Position numbers and translations under genes: made by a program
The notes under the pieces: generated by a model
Told to the model about the DNA's origin: nothing
What the model saw: the letters and a program-made list of their open reading frames with translations, nothing else
Database searches by the model: none
Assembly (NCBI GenBank): GCA_002104945.1
Contig: MCFH01000042.1
Location: 419,119-483,118, forward strand
DNA length: 64,000 bases
Source: Piromyces finnis finn
Lineage: Eukaryota; Fungi; Neocallimastigomycota
Direction of reading: 5' to 3'
Shown here: positions 53,652 through 64,000 of the stretch, piece by piece
Layout: the number at the start of each line of letters is the position of its first letter
Position numbering within the stretch: position 1 is the first letter of the stretch

Positions 53652-55977
53652 AAAATGGCATCTTCTTCTTCTTCCTTATTATCGGCGGTGATGTATTATT
53701 ATTTCAGATAAAAAAAGTTTATAATAATTAATCTCTTTTTTTTTTTTGTGTGTGTTAATTAATAAATAATAGATAATCTTACTATATTTAAAGATACTAT
53801 TATAATAATTTTATAATAAAAAAAAAGCATCATCTACCATGTAATAGTCCTATTAATTTGATGTATTAGATAGTTATGACCATACTGAACCTAATAATCT
53901 TTCTTTAAATCCTTATAGACTATATTCATTCTCTCTTCCTCTGCCTTGATTCTTTTCTTTCTTTCTTTTTCATATCATTTTCCTTTTTCCTTTTTTCCTT
54001 TTTTTTCCTCTTTCCACCGATCAATCTAATAAAAAATTTTTATCTTTCAATTGAGTAATTTTATATATTTACAATATATTCATAATATATTCATAATATA
54101 TGATATGTAATCTATTGCGTAGTAGGAAATTGTTCATGAATGTATTTGTTCATTCATATATTAAATTAAATTAATGAAATATATTTTATTATATTGTAAT
54201 ATATTGATGCATTTGAATTACCAAAGAATTTCATATCAAAAAAAATAAAAAAAAATGAAAAATGAAAAAGCTTTTTTGACTTTTTTTTTTTTGTTACTTT
54301 CAAAAGTATTCATTTGTTATCAAAAGAAGTTAAAAAAGAAAAAAAAAATTTTTTTTTGTATTTTAAAAGAATTGTATTTTCTTTTTTTTTTAATTGACTT
54401 TTGTTGTTGATGGTGGTGGTGGGTGGTAATGATGGTAATGATGATGATGGTGGGTGGTGGTGTTATGGTGGTATTAAAAAAGAAAATTAGGTTATTTTTT
54501 ATTTATTTATTTAAATAATGCTCCAATTTTCATTGTGCCTTAATATTCCTATCTTCATCTTACTATTGTGGTGATGGTAGTTGCTGTTGCGGTTATTACA
54601 TTAAATAATAGTGTTATTGTACATTTGTTAAAAAACAGTTGCCAATATTTTTTCAATAAAAGAATTTTTTTTTACTTTTTTTTAATGTATGTACCTAAAA
54701 TAATGTAAGAAAAAAAAAAGAAAAAACAGATTTGTAGGTTGACGGTTAATTAATAAAATCAATCAATAGTCATTATCATCATCATCATCCTTCATAAAAG
54801 AATATAATTTTTTATTCTGGTCTTCAAGTCCATATAAAAAAAAATACTTTGATTTTCTCTTTAAAAATGGATACGTTTTAACTATATAATAATTAATGTT
54901 TTATTTCTTTCTATTCTTCACTTGTTTTACCTCTTTCCCTTCCTACCTTTTACCTTTTTTCTTGCTATTCCTATTCTTCTTCTTCCTACGAAAATTAAAC
55001 CTTTTTTTTTTTATTATTATTATTATTAAATTGATAAAAAAAAATTTTTTTTTTTTTCTTTTCTATTATTTATTATTAAAAATACTTTTTAAATTTTTTT
55101 ATATTAAAAATTTATCATTTTTATTATTAATTTAATCATTTTTTTTTTATATTTTATTAATTATTTATTATACTAAAAAAAATTCTTTTTTTTTTTTTTT
55201 ATAGAAAAAAGTTCAATTAATTGTTTAAAAAAAAAAAAGAAAGAAAAAAAAATAAACAATTAAACCTTTCTTTTATTAAACTTTTATTATTTTTATATTA
55301 AATAAAATACATAAGTAAATAAAGAAATATTCTTTTTTTTTTTTTAAATATGAGATAAATGAAAAAAAAAAATTTAAAAGAGAAATAGTTAAAGTGAAAA
55401 TAAATAGTATAGAATTAACCTTTAAATAAATATATACAACTCAATTAAAGATAAAAACAGGAATATAAAAGATACAATGAAAAATATATATCTATTAAAT
55501 TTACCTATGAAATAATATATTTTACAAAAAAAAAAAAAAAGAGTCTTTATAATTTGTTTGTTTAATCGATTAAAAATTAGTTTATATGCAATTTATGTAT
55601 ATACACCAATTTCTTTAAAAAAAAAAAAAAGAAAAAGAAAAACTTTAAAAAATATAAATCTAATTTAATAGAAAGATCAAATAGAGTATACAAAAAATTA
55701 TATATGACAAAAAAAAAGGAATAGAAAAGAAAAGTGTAACTAAAAATAATCATCATATATATATCGAATAATATAAAATTATAATAGTATATATATTAAT
55801 GTTTTAAACATTTCAAATTTCAAAATTAGTCCATCAAATAATAATAGATAATCCTATAATTTTTTTTTCAACTTTTTTACCTATATATATGAATAGTAAT
55901 TTATATTTTTAAAAGTGTGAATATTAATTTAAATATTAATTTATTTTATAATATAAATATTTATTATAGTCATCATA

Positions 55978-58900
55978 ATGATTAAGGAAACTTTACGTTT
56001 TGATGAACGTGTAGTAGTCATTACCGGTGCCGGTGGTGGTAAATATGAAATTTATTATATTATTATTAATTTTGGAAGGGAGAGAAAGGAAATATAAGAT
56101 ATTTATATTTATTTAAATATTTTCATTTATATTGTAATTCCTTTTTTTTTTAATGTAACATTCATTTTCACTTGAAATTCAATTAAAAAAAAAAAAAAGG
56201 TTTTGGTCGAGCCCATGCCTTTTTATTCGCTTCTCGAGGCGCAACTCTTGTTTTAAATGATAATGCTATTATTTCAAATAATAATGGTCAACCAAAATAT
56301 TTAGTTGATGATGTTGTTAATGAAATTACTAAAGCTGGTTTCCATGCCATTGCTAACTATGAACCAATTGAAAACGGAGATAAGATCATCGAAGCTGCTA
56401 TGAACGCTTTCGGAAGAATTGATATTTTAATTAATAATGGTAGGACCAATACTATATTTTTTTTTTTTTTTGGAAAAAAAAACATTTATATCCATAAGAC
56501 TATCCTTTTTTATATCTATTAATCATTAAACAATTTATTCTTTTTATTGTTAATATTATTATTTATTATTGTGTCAATAATAATTTCGCTCAAACAAATT
56601 CTCGATAACTATTTAAAAAAAAATGCCAATATCCTTAACAACACAAACAACACCACCACAAAAAAATAATTTTTAAAAAAAAAACTTTTTTTAAATTATA
56701 GCTGGGTAATTTTCATTTTCTAAAATTTAAATATAGAATGCAATACTCTATATGACTATTCAATAAGTTATAGAGTAAAAAAAAAAATATTGACATTTAT
56801 TAAAATCTTTAATTTAAATATTCAATCTATATAAATAATTAGTGTTACTTGCAATAAGCCATTCAATGAAATGTCAGATAAGGACTGGGAATATGTACAA
56901 AGTGTCAATCTTCGTAAGTTTAATACTCTAAATAATTATTAAATTTAAAATCATCTTTTATACAAATATCAGATAATGTGTATATATTAATAAATAAATA
57001 ATTTAAATAATAAAAGATGGTGCCTACAAGGTTACCAAGGCTGTCTGGCCAATTATGCAAAGACAAAGATATGGTAGAATCATTAATATTGTTTCTGCTG
57101 CTGGTCTTTACGGTAGTTACGGTCAAGCTAATTATTCTTCAGGTATAATATAAATTTTATTAATATTGTAGTAATTGAAGAATAAAAATTTATGGCAATT
57201 TATTATACTCTACCTTTTAACATTATTTCTAAAAATACTCTATATTTTACAAATTTAATTTATAATGAAATGGATGAATTCGTTCATTCAACACTTTAAA
57301 TAACCTCATCCTGACCAAAAAATTAATGAATATAAATATGACCTTTTCAAAAAATAATCAACGAAATCAACCATTCTAAACATGTTGCCCCTAATAAATA
57401 ATCAATGAAATCCGTAAATATGAAAATGCTGTTCCTAATTATCAATGAAATACATAAATATGAATACGTTGTTTCAAATAAAATCATTGAATATCAATCA
57501 AATTTTATCGTTTATAGCCAAGATGGCTTTACACGGATTCACTTTATCTTTAGCTAGAGAAGGTTACAGATACAACATTTATTGTAATTGTGTTTCACCA
57601 TACGTTGCCTTAAATTATGATGCTTCTATTAAAGATAAATCTGTTCAAGTTGTCAAGCCAGAATTCTTATCCCCACTTTTAGTTTTCCTTACCCATGAAA
57701 ATACCAGAGAAAATGGTTCTCACTTTGAAGCTGGTGCTGGTTATATTGGTAAGTTAAGATGGGAAAGATCTCAAGGATCTGTATTTAAATCCGGTGAAAC
57801 CTTTACCCCAGGTGCTGTTGCTGCCAAATGGAATGAAATTAACGATTTCAATCAAAGTGACTATCCAACTTCTGCTTTAGATAACGATTGGTTCAGACTC
57901 TTAGAAAAGTCTGTTGCTATGCCATCTAACAATGAATCCATTGGTGAATTATCCTTCAAGGGTAGAGTTGTTATTGTTACTGGTGCTGGTGGTGGTATGT
58001 TTTTTTTTTTTTTTAATCCTTTTGATATAATAAATAGTAAAAAAAAAAAAAGTCAAATAGTACTAATTTTTTAAAATTATATTTATATTTTTTTTCTATA
58101 ATAAATAAAATAAAAAAAAATCATCAATACCATTATTTACATTATTCAACTCCATGATCCGTCATATGTCAATAACACAATAACTCTGTTTATATTATTC
58201 AATTCCATAATACATCGCCTACTAATAACACAACTCTGTTTATATTATTCAATTCCATAATACATCGCCTACCAATAACACAACTCTGTTTATATTATTC
58301 AACTCTATAATACATCATATACCAATAACACAACTCTGTTTATATTACTCAATTCCATAATACATGCTAATAATTCAAAAATAATTATACTCTTTCATGA
58401 TAATGAAAAACACATTAATAACTCAAAAATAATTATTCTATAATGAACAATATGTCAATAATACAATAATAATTATATTCACATAATGATATGATTCAAT
58501 TCCATGATATATAATATTACAATAACTATATTTATATAATGATATGATTCAATTCTATGATATATAATATTACAATAACTATATTTATATAATGATATGA
58601 TTCAATTCTATGATATATAATATTACAATAACTATATTTATATAATGATATGATTCAATTCTATGATATATAATATTACAATAACTATATTTATATAATG
58701 ATATGATTCAATTCCATGATATATAATCTATCAATATATTATATATAATATATGAAATTTATTATTTTATTATTATTATTAAATGAAATCCCAACCAACC
58801 CATGAATATATTCAAATTGTAATAATATATTATTAAGGTCTTGGTCGTGCTTACGCCAAGCACTTTGCTAAGTTAGGAGCTTCTGTTGTTGTTAACGATT

Positions 58901-61289
58901 TAGGTGTCCTTTTACGTGGTAGAGGTGCCAATACTCAAGTTGCTGATAGTGTCGTTGAAGAAATTAAGAGTATGGGAGGTATTGCTGTTCCAAGTTATGA
59001 CTCTGTTGAAGAAGGTGAAAAGATTGTTGAAACTGCCATCAAAAACTTTGGTCGTGTTGATGTTATCATTAACAACGCTGGTATTTTAAGAGATAGATCC
59101 TTTGCTAGAATGACCGATACTGATTGGATGATGACCTACAAGGTTCACTTAAAGGGTTGTTACAAGGTTACTAAAGCTGCTTGGCCATACATGGTTAAAC
59201 AAAAGTACGGTAGAATTATTAATATTACATCTGCTGCCGGTCTTTTCGGTAACTTTGGTCAATCTAACTATGCTGCTGCTAAGGCTGGTGTTATTGGTCT
59301 CACTAATACTTTAGCCTTAGAAGGTAAGGAACACAATATTACTGTTAATAGTATTGCTCCAAATGCTGGTACTAGAATGACAGCTACTATTATGCCACAA
59401 GAAATGGTTGAATTACTCAAGCCAGAATACACAGCCCCATTAATTAGTTTCCTTACCCATGAATCATGTACAGCTACTGGCGGTATCTATGAAGTTGGTA
59501 GTTGCTGGATCGCTCGTATCCGTTGGCAACGTAGTGGTGGTGCTTCTTTCGCCATCAACAAATTATTATATCCAGAAAGCATTGCTACCAGATGGCGTGA
59601 TATTATCAACTTTGAAGATGGTCGTGATACCTATCCAACTACTATTGAAGAATCTACTGCTCAAATGCAAGTAAACTTAAAGAATGTTGATAATTCAGCA
59701 GAAAACGAAGAAGAAAAGCAAGTTGCTAAGCAAGAACAAAAGCAAGAAGGCAATGAAGAAAACAACATTTCAAAAATTGATACTGAAGCCCTCAAAAAGA
59801 TTGTATTTAACAAGGAAAAGTTTTCTTACAGTGAAAGAGATGTTATCTTATATTCCCTTGGTGTTGGTATTACCAAAAAGGAACTCTCTTACGTTTATGA
59901 AAATTCTCCAGACTTCAAGGTTCTTCCAACCTTCTCCACCGTTCCAGCCTTAGACTACTTCTCCAAGATGAACCTCTCTAACATATTACCAATCTTTACT
60001 CCAGAAACCTTCATACAAACCAAACACTTTATGGAATTAAAAAAGATTTTCGAACCAAAAGATGTTGTTGTTTCAAAGGGTAAAATTGTTGACATAATAA
60101 AAACAAAACTAGGTGCTGTTTTAGTTACTGCTATATCCACTTATGATCAAGATGATAATGTCATTTGTTATAATGAATTCCACCATCTTCTTCGTCACGT
60201 TGATCACTATGATAACTGTCCAGAAAAGGCCTTAGAATCAAAGATGAATAACACTGTCGTTATTCCAAAGAGAAAGCCAGACGCTATTGTTAAGGAACGT
60301 ACTTCTGAAGATCAAGCCATTCTTTACCGTTTATCTGGTGAAAAGAACCCATTACACGTTGATCCAGCTATGGCTTCCATTGCTGGTTACAATTCACCAG
60401 TTTTACAAAACCTTTGTGTTTTAGCCATCAGTACTCTTCATGTCATTCAAACCTTCTGTTATAGTGATGTTGCTAGTGTTAAGTCTATTCAAGCTGACTT
60501 TGTTTCTCATGTCTTCCCAGGTGAAACTTTACAAACTAATATGTGGCAAGAAGGTACCAAGATCTTATTTACCGTCAAGGCTTTAGAAAGAGATATTGTT
60601 GTTATTTCTAATGCTGCTATCCAACTTCAAGGTCAGGCTATTGCTGGTTTAGCCATGCCAGATCCAGAAAAGAGTTGGTTAACCGTTGAAGGTTTCAAGG
60701 CCTCTAAGATTTTCGAAAAACTTAAGGCTACCTTAGAAGCCACTTCAGGTCCAGAAAGAAGACTCAAAACTAAACAAATAAATGCTGTCTTCCAATTTGA
60801 CGTACGAAATGATAAACGCGAAAGTCAAACATGGTATATAGATTATAAGAATGGTCAAGGTGATATAGGTATTGGTAAACCAACTCACTCAAAACCAGAT
60901 TTAATAATAGCTGCCAGAGATGAAGTTATAATAGATTTAGCTTCAAGGAAAATTACCGGTCAAAAGGCATACATGCAAAGTAAAATTAAGGTAAGCCTAT
61001 TTTTTTTTTTTTTTTTAATCTTTTTATTATTATTATTATTATTATTTCAATCTATTCCTATGTCTTTCTCTGCGCATACACCTACTTACATTTCTATTTT
61101 ATCTCTATTTTATGCATTCCAAATATATTCTATACATTTCATATATTTTATTCATTATATACATTATATTTTTTTATCCATTCCTACTATACATTACATT
61201 TTAATTTATAGTTAAAGGGTAACCATGCTTTAGCCATGAAATTAGATAGTATTCTTGCAGTAACAAAACCAATCATTGCAAAACTTTAA
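55978..61289 (+). CDS. FOX2: Multifunctional enzyme type 2 (FOX2/HSD17B4): SDR-A + SDR-B + hydratase-2 fold + SCP2, C-terminal PTS1
   Basis: Two TGAGG|GLG Rossmann motifs, NNAG motifs, YxxxK (NYSSAK, NYAAAK), [30 protein letters not shown], an SCP2 domain ([26 protein letters not shown]|LKGN..AMKL), and last exon ending ...KPIIAKL* (TAA 61287-61289). Confidence 0.95.
58171..58365. repeat. Intronic 50-bp minisatellite, about 3.8 copies
   Basis: (c/t)aactctgtttatatta recurs at 58181, 58231, 58281 and 58331. Confidence 0.92.
58484..58727. repeat. Intronic 53-bp minisatellite, about 4.6 copies
   Basis: atgattcaatt recurs at 58491, 58544, 58597, 58650 and 58703. Confidence 0.92.
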
Positions 61290-62446
61290 TTTTTTTAAAA
61301 AAATAAAAAATAATAAAAAAAAAAAATCATATATAAATTTCAAAAAATAATTAATTATAAAACGAAAATAAAATAATAATACAAAATACAAAAGAATAGT
61401 TTAAACAAAATTTCAATTTTATAGCTCTATTTAGTAGCAATATAAACAAAATATATATAAATAAGAAAAGAAATTTTTTTTTTTTTTTTAAAAAAAAAAA
61501 TTAATAATAATAAAAAGAAAAATTTAAAGAATAAAAAAAAAACATAAAATAATAAAAAAAAGAAAGAAAAAAATTGTATATGTTTTAAAAATCAACCAAT
61601 AAGAAAAAAAAAAAAAGAAAAAAAAAAGAAAAAAAGAAAAAAAAAAAAGAAAAAAAAAGAAAAAAAGAAAAGAAAAAAAAAAAAAAGAAAAAAAACTTTT
61701 TTTTTTTACCTTTCGTATATCATTCTCATTCTCTTTTGAAATCTAAACTTTTTTTTTTTTTTTTAATATAAAACAAAACAAAAATCTATATAACAATAAT
61801 AATAAATTTTAACATAAAATTAATATAGTAAAAAAAAAAAAAAAAAGGAAAAAAAGGAAAAAAAAAAAAAAAGTAATCATAAAAAGAAAAAAAAAGAAAG
61901 AAAATAGATCATTTTAAATATATAAAAAAAAATAATAAATATAAATGTAATTTTTTTTTCTTCTTCTTCTTCTTCTTTCCTTCCCTTTTCTTCAAAGATT
62001 ACCTTCTACTATGAAAGTTAGTTTAAGCAAATATAATATTTTTTATTATTTATTGGTTTTTCTTTTTTTTTTTTTTTTTTATTTTTATTTTTATTTTTAT
62101 TTTTAATAATACATGATTTTTCTTTCTCTTTTGTTGATACTACCTATTATTATTATTATTTTTTTTTTTTTTTCCTATTTCATCTATAGTATATCAATGG
62201 ATTATTCTATCTATGTTATATACATAGCACCACACATCCTTTTTTTTTTCTATGTAATAATTATCTGTTAAATATTTATTATAAAGGTTTATAAATATAT
62301 AAAGAAATATTAATTATTTTAGTTAATTTATATTAAAAGACTTTTTTTTTTATTATTATTATTATGTGTTTGTAGCTGATGGTGGTTTTTTTGGTAAAGG
62401 ACATTTCATGTTTCTGTTTTCGTTCTTGTTATTGTTTTTTTTTTTT

Positions 62447-63757
62447 TTAATTATTTTCGGTAGAAACATCTTGAACAATAAAGTTATAATATTTCATGGA
62501 AATGTCTTTAAAATTTTGGAAGAATTTTTCTGGACAGTTGTATGGACCGTTTACAGAGAAATAAAAGGTTTCTTTATTATGGAATCCATATAAATTTAAA
62601 AAGTAAAATTGATCATAAACAGCAATTTGATTAGAAAATTGAAGATTATCCATACCAACACCAACTAAACCTAAATGAGAGGTAAAGGTATAATTTGTTT
62701 TACAAGGATCAAGGAATTTGCTATAATTATTCATTGCTTGACCTTGTTCATCGGTTAAATTGGCCGCACTATAACCGGAAATACAGGCTTCTTGAGTATG
62801 ATAGGCTTCTTGGAATTTTTTGGAACAAACTAAAATATTTTCTAATGGATCATCTATTTTATCTACCATTGGATAAAGACTACCAACATGATAATAAAAT
62901 AGAGCCCTTTTAAATAATTCAGTGGCATAGGGATACTTACGATTATCCACTGGACACATCAAAGCAATTGGAATATCATCATATTTTCCTTGATGATATA
63001 CTCTAAGGGCTTCATTTTGAATAGCCATAACAATGGCTTGGGCCGTAACACCATGCTTTCTACAAAAAGTGGAAATTGGTGCATAAGGAACTTCCCATTG
63101 AGGTTGAATAACATGAGATGGTCGAGTAATTGGTGGATTTAATTCAGCATAAATAGCTTTAGAATTAATTTCAGGATCTTGGAAACCTTGACTTGTAATT
63201 TCTTCGGTATACCAACATTTTTTACCAAAGTCAAACACGGCTGGTTGATTACGAAAACTATCTAAACGTTCGGTGAATGGTTCATTCAAGGCTAAACAAT
63301 AGAAAATATCTAAAACATCAAAAGCTCCTCTACCATCAATAATACCATGACATATTCTTACCCTAATTTTTGTTTTTTCTTGTTCGGTTTCACCAATTTC
63401 TACACGCCAAAGAGGAGCTTTGTCAATTTCATACCATTCGGAAAGTTCATCTTCCAACGGGATTTTACCTTTAAGCATTTTTACTAAATTATCAAATTGA
63501 ATTTCGGAATCTTCAGCATACTGGAAATAATGTTGACCTTCTTTGGTAATAATTTTTAAACGTAATGTTGGAAATTCTTTTAAAAGAGTATAATATTTTT
63601 GACGTATATTGTCTATGGCTTGAATTGGTGTAACTTTTGACTTTGGTACAGTACCACTAACAGTAATCCAAGCTGCTAATGGATTATTTTCACTTGAATC
63701 AAGAATACGTAATAATTTTCCACTATCTTCAAAACTAATTTTTTCCATTTTTTCCAT
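62447..63757 (-). CDS. CoA-dependent acyltransferase (condensation / alcohol acetyltransferase-like fold), intronless, 436 aa
   Basis: Catalytic HxxxDG in RICHGIIDGRG, preceded by FPTLRLKI and APLWRV, with ALMCPVDNRK and FTSHLG in the C-terminal lobe. Confidence 0.82.
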   Translation of the reverse strand: MEKMEKISFEDSGKLLRILDSSENNPLAAWITVSGTVPKSKVTPIQAIDNIRQKYYTLLKEFPTLRLKIITKEGQHYFQYAEDSEIQFDNLVKMLKGKIPLEDELSEWYEIDKAPLWRVEIGETEQEKTKIRVRICHGIIDGRGAFDVLDIFYCLALNEPFTERLDSFRNQPAVFDFGKKCWYTEEITSQGFQDPEINSKAIYAELNPPITRPSHVIQPQWEVPYAPISTFCRKHGVTAQAIVMAIQNEALRVYHQGKYDDIPIALMCPVDNRKYPYATELFKRALFYYHVGSLYPMVDKIDDPLENILVCSKKFQEAYHTQEACISGYSAANLTDEQGQAMNNYSKFLDPCKTNYTFTSHLGLVGVGMDNLQFSNQIAVYDQFYFLNLYGFHNKETFYFSVNGPYNCPEKFFQNFKDISMKYYNFIVQDVSTENN

Positions 63758-63945
63758 TTTTTTTTTTTTAAAAAAATAAAAAGAAATAATAACAATAATT
63801 CAATTTCAAAATGTGAATTATCGAAAAAGAAAATAAAAATAAAATAAAAAAAATAAAAAAAAAAAAAAAATGTTGAAAAAAAATAAACTTTATTGTTGGG
63901 TTAGGTTAAATTTTAAAAATTTAAAGTTCACCTATCATTATATAA

Positions 63946-64000
63946 ATGGATCCGGTTCGAAGGATTGATTGTTTAGATTGTGACGACGTCATTCTGATAT
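63946..64000 (+). CDS. Possible 5' start of the next gene (runs off the right edge)
   Basis: aaATG GAT CCG GTT CGA AGG ATT GAT TGT TTA GAT TGT GAC GAC GTC ATT CTG ATA is open to the edge and abruptly richer in GC than upstream DNA. Confidence 0.3.
   Translation, partial: MDPVRRIDCLDCDDVILI

Noticed and set aside
53654-54030. Short ATG-initiated peptide MASSSSSLLSAVMYYYFR and an antisense Lys/Glu-rich stretch
   Set aside because: Very short, no splice path to a recognisable protein, and consistent with low-complexity sequence.
56629-56640. ATATCCTTAAC resembling a U12 5' splice site or branch point near the microexon
   Set aside because: About 60 nt from the acceptor, too far for a U12 branch point, and flanking introns are ordinary GT-AG with no need for an AT-AC intron.
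58171-58727. CRISPR-like appearance of regularly spaced repeats (also 47688-47847)
   Set aside because: Head-to-tail tandem units with no unique spacers, in a eukaryotic intron or intergenic context, with no cas genes.
63948-63966. GGTTCGAA tRNA T-loop-like sequence
   Set aside because: No T-stem geometry, D-arm or acceptor stem. Better explained as the start of an ORF.

Overview
An extremely AT-rich, intron-rich eukaryotic window with long poly-A/T tracts and canonical GT-AG introns. Composition and gene content fit an anaerobic gut fungus (Neocallimastigomycota); this is an inference, not shown directly. I can support about 17 protein-coding genes by manual splicing: XPD/RAD3 (cut by the left edge), QNG1-like queuosine salvage enzyme, PCC1, DNAJC17/Cwc23, MESH1/HDDC3, a giant Rim15/IRE-type AGC kinase, a small secreted ORF, an Ebp1/Arx1-family protein, WDR55/JIP5, UTP5/WDR43, two tandem single-pass membrane paralogs, V-ATPase subunit e, NUS1, a GNAT, PMT1, MFE-2/FOX2 and an intronless HxxxDG acyltransferase. 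Four observations stand out. (1) The MFE-2/FOX2 ends in a peroxisomal PTS1 (AKL) but its hydratase catalytic motifs are degenerate, in an apparently anaerobic lineage. (2) Two adjacent membrane paralogs share an intron position and a K|PSxNFxxKLE motif; one has a long repeat-rich tail and the other has none, resembling a receptor/decoy pair. (3) A fungal MESH1 closely resembles the animal enzyme. (4) A 4-nt microexon is needed to build the NNAG motif of MFE-2. No rRNA, tRNA, CRISPR array or transposase was found.
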